Below, one piece after another: positions 1 through 8,878 of a stretch of DNA of 64,000 bases. How positions within the stretch are numbered: position 1 is the first letter of the stretch; every line of letters begins with the position of its first letter. The notes beneath the pieces are model-generated. The model was not told where the DNA came from. It worked only from the letters and a program-made list of their open reading frames with translations, and ran no database searches. The DNA comes from Armatimonadota bacterium. GTDB lineage: Bacteria; Armatimonadota; Zipacnadia; Zipacnadales; UBA5352. Location of the stretch: the NCBI GenBank assembly GCA_034722055.1, contig JAYENL010000314.1:55938-119937 (forward strand). Reading direction: 5' to 3'. Made by a program: the position numbers and the translations under genes.

Positions 1-826
1 AGCGCTGCACGGCGATGTGCACGTAGTGGGGCTCGGGGATGGCCATGCCATACAGCGGCAGCGAGCGGAGCATGTAGTGCGTGAGGTTCCCCAGGCCCAG
101 CGGCCGCTCCAGGTAATGCTCGGGGATGTGGCGGATCAGGTCTCGCTCGATCTGCTCCACCGCGCCCAACTGCTGCATGGCGCCCGAGGCGTGGATCATG
201 TCAAAGGCCCGGACCACGGGCAGTCCGAACTCGATGTCGGAGACGAACCACACGCCCCACAGGCCGTTGGCGTCCCACGCCCGGCGGTAGGCCTCATCGT
301 CCTGGTCGCGCAGCTGCCCCTCGCGCGTGACCAGCGGCCACTGCGGCATGACCTGTGCGTAGCGCTGCAGGATCAGCGCGCAGCGGCGGGCGGCGTTGGC
401 GTCGCCGGTCAGCCGCCACAGGCGGGCCAGGTCCCAGGCCACCAGCCGCATGGCGATGTTGCTGTCATCCAGCGCACCGCGCTCGGTGATCTGCGCCCGC
501 AGCTCATCCTCGGAGACCTCCAGCCAGGGAGCCGTCAGCGCCGCCAGGATTCGCGCCGCCCGCTCCCCGGGGTCCGCCTCTCCAGTGGTCTGGTGTAGCC
601 GGAAGAGCAGGTCGGCCGCCGCGCGGGGCGGCGCGTTCTCCTCCGCGAGCGGCTGGCGCGGCTTCACGCTCGCCAGCAGCTCATCGTCGCTCTGCGGGAA
701 GCGATCCTCGAGCCGCTCCCGCGTCGCTTCAGGATCGCACTCGTAGCTGAGGAACGGCCGCTGCGCCACGGCCTGTATCGTCGAGCTGACCAGGAGCACG
801 ACTGCCACCAGCAGCATTGCACGCAT
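1..826 (-). CDS. Secreted protein, probable heparinase II/III-like or alginate-lyase-like alpha/alpha toroid (partial, runs off the window start)
   Basis: Not in the ORF track because it has no stop in the window. Manual translation from ATG 826: MRAMLLVAVVLLVSSTIQAVAQRP...AWDANGLWGVWF...GNLTHYMLRSLPLYGMAIPEPHYVHIAVQR, open to the edge. It has a signal peptide; the family call is by resemblance only. Confidence 0.55.
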   Translation of the reverse strand, partial: MRAMLLVAVVLLVSSTIQAVAQRPFLSYECDPEATRERLEDRFPQSDDELLASVKPRQPLAEENAPPRAAADLLFRLHQTTGEADPGERAARILAALTAPWLEVSEDELRAQITERGALDDSNIAMRLVAWDLARLWRLTGDANAARRCALILQRYAQVMPQWPLVTREGQLRDQDDEAYRRAWDANGLWGVWFVSDIEFGLPVVRAFDMIHASGAMQQLGAVEQIERDLIRHIPEHYLERPLGLGNLTHYMLRSLPLYGMAIPEPHYVHIAVQR

Positions 827-855
827 TGTCGCACGCTCCCGTCCCGTTTCCGCGG

Positions 856-2847
856 TCACTCCACCACCAGCGAGGGTGCCGGGAAGAAGTAGTGCACCAC
901 GATCCAGAACGTCAGGATGACGCTCACGCCCAGGATGAGGCCGAATGCCAGCGGTCGAAGGCGATTGAAGGCCCGGAAGCCGCCGAACTTGACCACGGTG
1001 ACCTTCCACAGCCAGCCGATGAAGATCGACATCCAGTAGCGGCTGATAGGCCAGCCCAGCCAGGCCACGTATCCCAGCGGATGCAGCGGCCACCACACGA
1101 ACCGCCGGCGCAGGGCCACCAGGCTCCAGGTGAGGCCCGCACCCAGCGCCAGGCCGATCCAGTCCGCCAGGCCCATCGCCGAGGGCGTCTGCAGATACCG
1201 GGCCAGGCGGGTGGTGGTGTTCAGACCCGAGCCGCTGGGCCACCAGCCCAGCTTGGGCACACTCCAGTTGTAGATAACATACAGCGACGTCACATGGCTG
1301 CAGAGAATGGCCACAATGACCGCCAGCATGGCCACCAGGACGATCTGGGCGCGATGGGCCTTCATCTCCGCGCCGACCTTCAGCCCCTGCGCCACCGCCG
1401 CCATGTTCATGGTGGCAGTGGAGCGGATCTGCGTCCAGCTCGTGGCGGTCATCAGCGCGATGTTGTGTGCTCCCACGCGCTCGGTGCCGGCGATCTCGAA
1501 GATGGCCTCGTTGAGCCGGAAGGGGCTGGAGTAGATGAACATGCCGGCCTCGCAGACCACGCGCGCCACGACCATCCCCACCAGCGGGAAGGCGGCATAC
1601 TGCACGATGGCCCACAGCGTGTCCATGCCGACGTATGAGCACCACCACACGATGAAGGCGAAGGCGCCCAAGAACCCCAGCACGGAGAGCCGGTAGGGCT
1701 CATCCGCGTCAGCCGCCTCCGGCCTGCGGCGGACCGTGCCGAAGGCGACGCCCACGGCCTTGCGGAGGTGGTCGCGGGCCGACCACAGCAGGGCCCCGGC
1801 CAGAACCGCATAGCCCCCGATGGTCTGGAACTCGAAGAACTGGTAGTGGCCCACATCCACGCCCACAGCGATGCGCACGAACTGCTGGATTCGCTGGAAC
1901 CACCAGAAGAACCACAGCGAGAAGCCCACCTCGGCGGTGAGAAGGTAGGCGATGCCGACCATCTCGGGGTAGAGGTGCCTGGGGATGTTGTTGAAGGCCG
2001 ACCACGGGCCGCCGAGGGTGGTGCGGATGGTTTCCTGCAACTGGATGTCGGGGATGGCCGGCCAGTAGGCGTGCAGGCCCTTGATGGAGTAGAGGATGCA
2101 CGCGGAGGCGAAGGCGATCCACATCAGGGGGCTGTGCATCAGCTCCGCGGCGCCGCTCGGCTCCCCCTCCACCACCTCCACCGGCACCTGCACCAGCGGG
2201 TACAGCAGACGCTCCTCCCGCTCCCACCGATGCGCCAGGGCGGTCATGAAGCACAGGACCATCCAGTAGATGGCGAAGAAGAACGGCGTCCACACCAGCA
2301 GCGGGGTCACCCAGGCCCGCCAGGGGACGCTCCGGCCCGGCGGAAGGCCCTCGTAGGCCCAGCGGACGGCCGCGGCCTCCGGGGCGGTGTCAGGCACGAG
2401 CATGGGGTTGAGGTCCTCGAGATACAGCTCCGGCGGCGCGATGTCGGGCGTGGCGTAGTACACGATGCCCAGCAGGTTCAGGTAGACGTGCTGGGCGAAC
2501 TCCTGGCCGGCGATGGCTCCCACCACCAGGAGCATCAGGAAGACCAGCAGCAACTCCCGAGCATTGAGCCGCAGTCGCCTCGTGACGCGGCCGATCAGCC
2601 GCATGGCGGCGTTGGCGCCGATCAGGGCGAGGAGGATGCACACGGCGCCGCGCGGGAGGTAGCCGGTGCCGATGATCTCGTAGCGGAGGAAGACCCCGAA
2701 GCAGCCCACCACGGTGAAGAAGACCACCATGATGAGGCCCACGATGACGGCGCGGGCGGTGACCCCGGAGAGCCCCGCCCGCTCCTCGGCCTCCGCAACC
2801 ACCTGCTCATCGGTGCTGGAGGGGGTATCCAACGCCAGCGCGCTCAC
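856..2847 (-). CDS. Polytopic membrane protein, DUF6785/DUF6784 family (OPT-transporter-like)
   Basis: 663 aa with many TM segments and the family-typical motifs W..EERLLYPLVQVP and RRRFVWWPLHPLGY. Confidence 0.8.
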   Translation of the reverse strand: MSALALDTPSSTDEQVVAEAEERAGLSGVTARAVIVGLIMVVFFTVVGCFGVFLRYEIIGTGYLPRGAVCILLALIGANAAMRLIGRVTRRLRLNARELLLVFLMLLVVGAIAGQEFAQHVYLNLLGIVYYATPDIAPPELYLEDLNPMLVPDTAPEAAAVRWAYEGLPPGRSVPWRAWVTPLLVWTPFFFAIYWMVLCFMTALAHRWEREERLLYPLVQVPVEVVEGEPSGAAELMHSPLMWIAFASACILYSIKGLHAYWPAIPDIQLQETIRTTLGGPWSAFNNIPRHLYPEMVGIAYLLTAEVGFSLWFFWWFQRIQQFVRIAVGVDVGHYQFFEFQTIGGYAVLAGALLWSARDHLRKAVGVAFGTVRRRPEAADADEPYRLSVLGFLGAFAFIVWWCSYVGMDTLWAIVQYAAFPLVGMVVARVVCEAGMFIYSSPFRLNEAIFEIAGTERVGAHNIALMTATSWTQIRSTATMNMAAVAQGLKVGAEMKAHRAQIVLVAMLAVIVAILCSHVTSLYVIYNWSVPKLGWWPSGSGLNTTTRLARYLQTPSAMGLADWIGLALGAGLTWSLVALRRRFVWWPLHPLGYVAWLGWPISRYWMSIFIGWLWKVTVVKFGGFRAFNRLRPLAFGLILGVSVILTFWIVVHYFFPAPSLVVE

Positions 2848-3003
2848 TCCCCATTCGGATCTCTCGGGTCCATGCCCAGGGGCGGGAGCCCTATCATTCC
2901 GTCCTCACCGGCCGCACACCTGCCGGCACCGAAGGGGGGAGCGGCGGCGGCGGCGAATACTTCACTGTCGGCATCACTGGGATTTCGCGGAGAAGCGACT
3001 CTC

Positions 3004-5880
3004 ATGGGGCGTCTGCTCGACCGCAGTGTGCCGGAGCGCCTTGGCCTGGCCGTAGGGCTGAGCCTCTTCCTGCTCGTGCTGCTGTTGGATGGCCTGGGGC
3101 GACTTCAGGGCCTGGAGAACACGCTCCTGGGCGTGCGCTACGAGCTCCGTGGCCCCCGCGATCCCGCCGCGGAGGTCGTGCTGATCCCGTTTGAGGAGGG
3201 CAGCATTTTCGCCGGGGAGGGCGCTCTGCCATGGTCGCGGCAGGGCCTGGCGGGAGTGGTGGCGCGGCTGGATCAGGCCGGCGCTGCCGTCATCGGCCTG
3301 GACCTGCCGGCGCTGGCCGGGGGGGTCATCCCCCCGCTGAGACCGGGCGAGGATCGGATGCTGGCGGCGGCGATGAAGGCGCATGGGGGGGTGGTGCTGC
3401 CCATGGTCATCCGGGAGACGGCCTCCGCGGCGCCGCCATCAGACGCCGCGAACCGCTTCGCGCTGGGGCCGGGGAGGCTACCCAGGCCCGCGCACCTCCG
3501 GCCGGGCCATCTGGCGGTGCCCTCCAGGACTCTGTGCGAGGCGGCCGCGGGGCTGGGCACCACGAACATCTACCCCGACCTCGACGGCTCCACCATCGAG
3601 GCGCCTCTGGCGGCCTCCTGGGGGAGCACCATCTACCCGTCATTCTGGCTGGAGCTGGTGCGGGTGCTGGAGGGGCTCCCACCCGGCGCCGCCGAGATGG
3701 CCGAGGGCGAGGTTCGCGTGGGCCCCCGGAGCTACGCCGTCGATCCCCAGGCGGAGATCCTGATCAACTACGTGGGCAAGTACCGTCAGTTCCCGCGCCT
3801 TCCCTACCACTCCGCGACCGAGATGCCTCTGGCGAACCTTCGCAGCGTTGTCGAGGGGAGGATCGTGCTGGTAGGCAACGACCTGGCGGGCGTGACATCC
3901 ATGCTGCGCACGCCGACCTCGCCGCTGATGCCGGGCGTTGAGATCGCCGCCACCGTGACGGAGAATCTGGCGGCGGCCACCATGCTCCGGCGGGCGCCGG
4001 CCTGGCTGGTGTGGGTGGCCACGCTGGTGCTGGTGCTGTGCGCGGGATGGATGACGGCCCGGGCGTCGCCGCTGGGCGGGGTGTTCATGACCCTGATACT
4101 GCTGGGCGTTACGGCGGTCGCGGGTCTAGCGCTGTTCATGGTGGGCGTCTACGTGGCGGTCGTCCCGGCCTTGCTGGCCGTGGCCCTGACGGGCGGGACT
4201 CTCACGGTCACTTCTGCCGCGGAGGCCGAGCGCCACCGGACAGAGGCGGAGGGGCGGCTGCAGTCGCGGCTGCAGGCCATCGCCGGCATCGGCCGCCTGG
4301 TGAACTCCAGCCTGGACGACGAGCAGCTTCTCGTGGAGATCCTCCGCTGGGCGGAGAGCGAGATCAACGCCGAGGCCTGCTCGCTGCTTCTCATGGAGCC
4401 GGACGGTGAGACGCTGCGGTTTGAGGTGGCGCTGGGCGAGAAGGGGCACATGCTCAAGGACATCCGCCTCCGCGTTGGCGAGGGCCTGGCCGGGACGGCA
4501 GCAGCTACCCGCGAGCCCATCGTGGCCGACGACGTGACAGGCGATGAGCGCTGGAGCCGGGATGTGGCCTACGCCATCGACTACGAGACCGAGTCCATCG
4601 CCTGCGTGCCCATGGTGCTGCGGGACGAGGTCCTGGGCGTGATCGAGGTCATCAACAAGCGGGGCGGGAGGTTCGGCGACTACGACATCCAGCTTCTGCA
4701 GGTGATCGCCCACCAGTCGGCGCTGTTCCTGGAGAACGCGCGTCTGTATCGGGCGCTGTCGGAGAAGGTGGACCTGGCCAACGAGGAGCTGCGGCAGGCC
4801 AACGAGCGCCTGCAGTTCGAGATGGCGCGCATCGCCACTCTGGTGGACGAGATGGGTGATGCGGTGGTGGCCACCGACGAGGCCGACCAAGTGGTGATCT
4901 TCAACAACGCTGCGGAGCGCATCTTCGGCATCAAGGAGAGCGAGGCTCGCGGTCGGCAGGCGGTCACCGTCTTCGATCATCCTGAGCTGGCCAGGCTCTT
5001 CGGCATGCCCCTGTCGCCGCACGGTGGCTCCTACGAGACGGAGATCACCCTCGACGGGGCTCAGCCGCTGGTGGTGCGGGCCCAGATCGCGCTTATCGAG
5101 CAGCCCGGTCAGGCGGAGGTGGGCAAGTGCGCGGTGTTCAGCGACATCACGCACCTCAAAGAGCTGGACCGCATGAAGACCGACCTCATCTCGTTCGTCT
5201 CCCACGAGCTGAAGAACCCCATCTCGTCGCTGCAGGGGGCTTGCCGCCTGCTGCACGACCGCCTGGACGTGGAGGACCCCCGCACCGGAAGGCTGCTGGA
5301 GATCGCCTCCCGACAGGGGCGCCGGATGCAGCACCTGGTGCAGGGCTTCCTGGACCTGTCCCGGATCGAGGCCGGGCACCCGCTGGAGCTCAACTGGGAA
5401 GAGGTGACTGACCTTCGGGGGCTGATCGGGGAGGTGATGTCCTTGATCCGCGGCATGGGCTCGGAGCACCACCTGCACGCTGAGGTGGATGAGGACCTGC
5501 CGGCCTTCTGGGCCGACCGTGAGAAGCTGGAGGCAGTCCTCATCAACCTCATTGACAACGCGGTCAAATACTCACCGGACGGCGGCGATGTCACGGTCCG
5601 GGCCCTGCTGCGCGATGAGCGGGTGATGATTGAGGTGGAGGACGAGGGAGTGGGGATCCGGGAGGAGGACCTTCCCAAGCTCTTCAAGAGCTTCCAGCGG
5701 ATCCACGACTCCACCTACGGGCGGGTGAGCGGCACCGGCGTGGGACTCTACATCTGCAAGCACATCATTGAGGCGCATGGGGGAGACATCACGGTGGAGA
5801 GCACCTGGGGGGAGGGATCCATCTTCCGCCTGCACATCCCCCTGCGCGAGGCGCCGCCGGAGGGCGCGGCGGACCGATGA
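3004..5880 (+). CDS. CHASE2-GAF-PAS sensor histidine kinase
   Basis: ATG 3004. N-terminal TM, CHASE2 (LPWSRQ...GAAVIGLD...MPGVEI), 3 TM, GAF (GEGLAG...GVIEVINK), PAS, H-box SHELKNP, N-box NLIDNAVKY, G-boxes DEGVGI and GTGVGL. Confidence 0.92.
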   Translation: MGRLLDRSVPERLGLAVGLSLFLLVLLLDGLGRLQGLENTLLGVRYELRGPRDPAAEVVLIPFEEGSIFAGEGALPWSRQGLAGVVARLDQAGAAVIGLDLPALAGGVIPPLRPGEDRMLAAAMKAHGGVVLPMVIRETASAAPPSDAANRFALGPGRLPRPAHLRPGHLAVPSRTLCEAAAGLGTTNIYPDLDGSTIEAPLAASWGSTIYPSFWLELVRVLEGLPPGAAEMAEGEVRVGPRSYAVDPQAEILINYVGKYRQFPRLPYHSATEMPLANLRSVVEGRIVLVGNDLAGVTSMLRTPTSPLMPGVEIAATVTENLAAATMLRRAPAWLVWVATLVLVLCAGWMTARASPLGGVFMTLILLGVTAVAGLALFMVGVYVAVVPALLAVALTGGTLTVTSAAEAERHRTEAEGRLQSRLQAIAGIGRLVNSSLDDEQLLVEILRWAESEINAEACSLLLMEPDGETLRFEVALGEKGHMLKDIRLRVGEGLAGTAAATREPIVADDVTGDERWSRDVAYAIDYETESIACVPMVLRDEVLGVIEVINKRGGRFGDYDIQLLQVIAHQSALFLENARLYRALSEKVDLANEELRQANERLQFEMARIATLVDEMGDAVVATDEADQVVIFNNAAERIFGIKESEARGRQAVTVFDHPELARLFGMPLSPHGGSYETEITLDGAQPLVVRAQIALIEQPGQAEVGKCAVFSDITHLKELDRMKTDLISFVSHELKNPISSLQGACRLLHDRLDVEDPRTGRLLEIASRQGRRMQHLVQGFLDLSRIEAGHPLELNWEEVTDLRGLIGEVMSLIRGMGSEHHLHAEVDEDLPAFWADREKLEAVLINLIDNAVKYSPDGGDVTVRALLRDERVMIEVEDEGVGIREEDLPKLFKSFQRIHDSTYGRVSGTGVGLYICKHIIEAHGGDITVESTWGEGSIFRLHIPLREAPPEGAADR

Positions 5881-6086
5881 GAGATCACCGGCTGCGGGAG
5901 GGGGACGTGGTGCGCCTGAAGAAGCCCCATCCCTGTGGGGCCAATGCCTGGGAGGTCATGCGGCTGGGCATGGACATCAAGCTCCGGTGCACCGGCTGCG
6001 GACACATCATACGCATGGCGCGGTCGCGCCTGGAACGTCGCATTCGGGGGTACGTGGAAGACGACGGGGACGGTGGGGAGGCGTGA
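5877..6086 (+). CDS. DUF951 family small protein
   Basis: GDVVRLKKPHPCG..WEVMRLGMDIKLRCTGCGH signature; ATGA overlap with the kinase stop. Confidence 0.9.
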   Translation: MRDHRLREGDVVRLKKPHPCGANAWEVMRLGMDIKLRCTGCGHIIRMARSRLERRIRGYVEDDGDGGEA

Positions 6087-6556
6087 AGGAGGCGCAGTTC
6101 TTGCGCCAGACCTTCGCCAGGCTGCCCACGGCCGATTGTGAGGGCTGCCACGGCTGCGCCTCGCGCTGTGTGGGCAATCTTCGCATCACGCGGACCGAGT
6201 TCGAGGCCATTGGCGACTACCTCGGTGGCGGGATGTACTTCCCCGCCGCTCGGACCAACGCGCAGATGGTGGTGCCGTGCGAGTTCAGCGAGCCGGATGG
6301 GCCGCACTGTGTCATCTACCCGGTGCGACCGCTGATCTGTCGCCTCTTCGGGATAGTGCCGTGGCTGCCGTGCCCGCTCGGGCGGGCCCTGCCGACGGTC
6401 CCCGACGCGGCGGAGATCATGCAGCAGTATCAGCAGTTCGAGCGCCACAGCTTCCGGCAGTGGCTGCGCTGCGGCCCATCGCGCGGGACCGTCCTGGCGC
6501 CGGATGCAGCGACACGCACAGGAAGGATGCAGACATCGAGACATGGCAACAGTTGA
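6083..6556 (+). CDS. YkgJ family cysteine-cluster (Zn/Fe-chelating) protein
   Basis: GTG 6083 overlapping the previous stop; CEGCHGCASRC...CEF...CVIYPVRPLICRLFG. Confidence 0.8.
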   Translation: MKEAQFLRQTFARLPTADCEGCHGCASRCVGNLRITRTEFEAIGDYLGGGMYFPAARTNAQMVVPCEFSEPDGPHCVIYPVRPLICRLFGIVPWLPCPLGRALPTVPDAAEIMQQYQQFERHSFRQWLRCGPSRGTVLAPDAATRTGRMQTSRHGNS

Positions 6557-6986
6557 GAGCATGGTGCAGATCGACGCTTCCGTTGACCGCGTGTATGAGA
6601 TCGCCCGCGACATCGAGGCCTTCCCGGAGTTCATGGATGACGTGGTTGAGGTGGAGATCCTGGAGCAGACCCCGGAGCGGCAGGTGAGCCGCTGGGTGGG
6701 GCTGATCAAGGAGTTCAATCGCACCATCGAGTGGACCGAGGAGGACCTCTGGGACGCCGAGGAGCGGAGCTGTCGCTTCTGCATGCTGGAGGGCGACTTC
6801 ACCGCCTACAGCGGCATCTGGCTCTTCGAGGAGGTTGACGGCGGGACGGTGGCGAACCTCACCGTGGAATACGAGTACGATGTCCCGCTGATCGGTCCGC
6901 TGATCAAGAAGCTCCTGCACCGCAAGGTTCAGGAGAACTGTGATAACATGCTCGAGGCCATCAAGGACAGGGCCGAGAGCGAGTGA
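6543..6986 (+). CDS. SRPBCC (polyketide cyclase/Coq10-like) lipid-binding protein
   Basis: VYEIARDIEAFPEFMDDV...GDFTAYSGIW...YDVPLIGPLIKK. Confidence 0.85.
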   Translation: MATVESMVQIDASVDRVYEIARDIEAFPEFMDDVVEVEILEQTPERQVSRWVGLIKEFNRTIEWTEEDLWDAEERSCRFCMLEGDFTAYSGIWLFEEVDGGTVANLTVEYEYDVPLIGPLIKKLLHRKVQENCDNMLEAIKDRAESE

Positions 6987-7048
6987 GTCGTGGACTGCTC
7001 CCGGCCGGAGCATCGTGATCGCCGGCGCAGTGTTGTGTCGGCCGCAGC

Positions 7049-7077
7049 TTGAGCGCGGGGTGCGGTTGTGATATACT
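7049..7077 (+). promoter_or_regulatory. sigma70-type promoter
   Basis: TTGAGC-N17-TATACT with an extended -10 TG, about 55 nt before ATG 7131. Confidence 0.6.
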
Positions 7078-7130
7078 GCGCCGGAGGCTGCATCGGATCC
7101 GGCCGGGCGCATCGAAAGGTGAGGTGCGAG

Positions 7131-8036
7131 ATGCAGATTCACCGCAACTATCGCACTGGGTTTGCAGTCATCGTCTCCGTGCTGTGCTGTCTTCTGGTGG
7201 TGGGCGTTGCGGACGCGCGCGAGGTGCAGCTTGCGGGCATCCGTCTCGGCCAGCACGCCGTGAACCTGCTGGACATCTACGGGCAGCCCATGGGCATCGC
7301 CACCGGCCAGGGCCAGGCCTTCGCCGGTGGGGGGGCCGGCGCCGGCATGGGCGCCGGAATGGGCATGGGCGCTGAGATGCCTGGAGCGGCCATGGGCGCT
7401 GAGATGCCAGGGATGGGCCCCGGGATGGGCCCCGGCATGGGTATGGAGCCGGGTATGGGCGCGATGCCGGCCGGACCTGAGGCCGGCATGGCCCCGGAGG
7501 CCGGGATGATGGGGCCCGGCGAGTTCCCGGGAGCCGAGATGGGCGCGCCCGGTGCCGGGCCGGCGGTCGGCGCTGCAGCCGCGGGCGCCGGGGTCCAGCG
7601 CGGCGCCTACCCCACGTGGGCCCTCCCGGTGTGGGTGGACCTGGGCTCGAACGAGATCCAGTGGCTGTATCGCGTGCGAGGCGTGGTGCTGGGCTTCGTG
7701 CTGGATCGCGACGGCTACATCAACTCCATTGCCATTGCCGGCGAGGAGTGTGACTTCGCCCGCACCAGCCTGTGGCAGCCACATCAGTACGTGAAGCTCG
7801 GCGACACCTACAAGCATGTGATCTACCGTTACGGCTGGCCGGACGAGACCCTGACCTACTTCTCGCAGGGGCAGGGCGAAGTGGGGACGGGCGGCGGGCC
7901 GGTCAGCGTTACGTTCGGCGGCACGGTGCGCGAGTTCTCCCGCGACTCCATCCTGCGCTACACCGAGCACAATAACGTGGAGTTCACCTTCCACGATATG
8001 AAGTGTGTCCGCATCCACATCTGGACCCACGAGTGA
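7131..8036 (+). CDS. Secreted hypothetical protein with a Gly/Met/Pro-rich low-complexity insert
   Basis: GAGGTG RBS, signal peptide, GMGAEMPG-type repeats, followed by a terminator. Confidence 0.8.
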   Translation: MQIHRNYRTGFAVIVSVLCCLLVVGVADAREVQLAGIRLGQHAVNLLDIYGQPMGIATGQGQAFAGGGAGAGMGAGMGMGAEMPGAAMGAEMPGMGPGMGPGMGMEPGMGAMPAGPEAGMAPEAGMMGPGEFPGAEMGAPGAGPAVGAAAAGAGVQRGAYPTWALPVWVDLGSNEIQWLYRVRGVVLGFVLDRDGYINSIAIAGEECDFARTSLWQPHQYVKLGDTYKHVIYRYGWPDETLTYFSQGQGEVGTGGGPVSVTFGGTVREFSRDSILRYTEHNNVEFTFHDMKCVRIHIWTHE

Positions 8037-8059
8037 GCGGCGCAGCACGTAGACCGAAC

Positions 8060-8090
8060 AGGCCCCCGGACTCCCGGGGGCCTTTGATTT
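8060..8090 (+). terminator. Intrinsic terminator
   Basis: AGGCCCCCGG-actc-CCGGGGGCCT followed by TTGATTT. Confidence 0.8.
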
Positions 8091-8471
8091 GGCTATGCAC
8101 TACGTACCTGCTGGACGGCAACGGCGCGGGCGGGCAAGCAAGTCCGCCTCCTCTTGACGCCATGCATTACCCACACCCGGCGCGCTCGCGCGAGTCCCTC
8201 GGCCGCACTGCGCGGCAAAGCGGTTCGCAATGTCGTTGCTGACGGCGAGCGGCAGACCGCCGGGATAGAAGCCGCCGCCTGCGCAAGACGGCTGCGCACG
8301 CGGCACCCTCGCTACGCTGGGGCGGCCTCTCAGTGCAACAACAGGCCTGAGCCCCGCCTCCGTCACAGGCCTCGGCCAGGATGTGGCTAATGCAGGGCCG
8401 TACGGCTGGGCGACGGTAAAACGACAATAGCCGGGCGGGTGAGATCGCTTGCGATCTCCGGAAGGGCGCGC

Positions 8472-8630
8472 TCACTGTTCCGTGGGCGGCGACGGCTCCT
8501 GCTGGCTATCACCTTCGGCGCCTCCGGCGGCCGGGACCCGCGACGCCCGTCCCTGCGAGAGATAGAGGACCAGCAGCAGCATTGCCAGCGCCATGTCGAG
8601 GCCGGTTATGTGTGTCAGCAGATGGTGCAT
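8472..8630 (-). CDS. Small 52-aa hydrophobic (single-TM) protein, putatively SOS-regulated
   Basis: Below the ORF-track cutoff. MHHLLTHITGLDMALAMLLLVLYLSQGRASRVPAAGGAEGDSQQEPSPPTEQ*, with a GGAAGGAG RBS, a dedicated promoter and a hairpin GAGATCGC-aa-GCGATCTC just after the stop. Confidence 0.6.
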   Translation of the reverse strand: MHHLLTHITGLDMALAMLLLVLYLSQGRASRVPAAGGAEGDSQQEPSPPTEQ

Positions 8631-8648
8631 TGGTCTCGCTCCTTCCGC

Positions 8649-8713
8649 CGAACATCGGTTCGTAGTATACGTGGGCCGCCGACGAGAGTCAAGCCCGAGC
8701 GAATGTTCGTTCG
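8649..8713 (-). promoter_or_regulatory. sigma70 promoter flanked by two LexA-type (GAAC-N4-GTTC) boxes
   Basis: Minus-strand TTGACT (8692-8687)-N17-TATACT (8669-8664). Perfect box CGAACATCGGTTCG at 8649-8662 over the predicted start site; one-mismatch box CGAATGTTCGTTCG at 8700-8713. Confidence 0.7.
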
Positions 8714-8777
8714 AAAGGAGTCCGCCATGTGGCGGGGCCGAGGCTACAGATGATGCCGAGGGACTCTGCCATTGCCC

Positions 8778-8830
8778 TTGACGACACTCCTATAATAGTG
8801 TAACCTGATGGGCACTCTCATAGGAGTGTC
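8778..8830 (+). promoter_or_regulatory. sat operon promoter with tandem palindromic operator-like sites
   Basis: TTGACG-N17-TAACCT. Two CACT-N8-AGTG sites (8784-8801 and 8812-8829); perfect 11-bp inverted repeat GACACTCCTAT (8783-8793) / ATAGGAGTGTC (8820-8830). Confidence 0.55.
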
Positions 8831-8878
8831 ACGTCGCGGGGCTGACGGCCATTGATTGAGGGAGGAAGCACACGCACC

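Noticed and set aside
1768..3003. N-terminal 412 aa of the 1370-aa kinase ORF
   Set aside because: Mostly antisense to the DUF6785 gene; the kinase's first TM follows ATG 3004
8210..8285. GGCAAA...GCAA...GACG resembling a c-di-GMP-I riboswitch
   Set aside because: The stem around the tetraloop does not pair, the GACGCAAA core is incomplete, and no gene follows directly
8811..8830. GCACTC...GAGTG as a CIRCE/HrcA element
   Set aside because: The spacer is 6 nt rather than 9, the TTA/TAA flanks are absent, and the downstream genes are not chaperones
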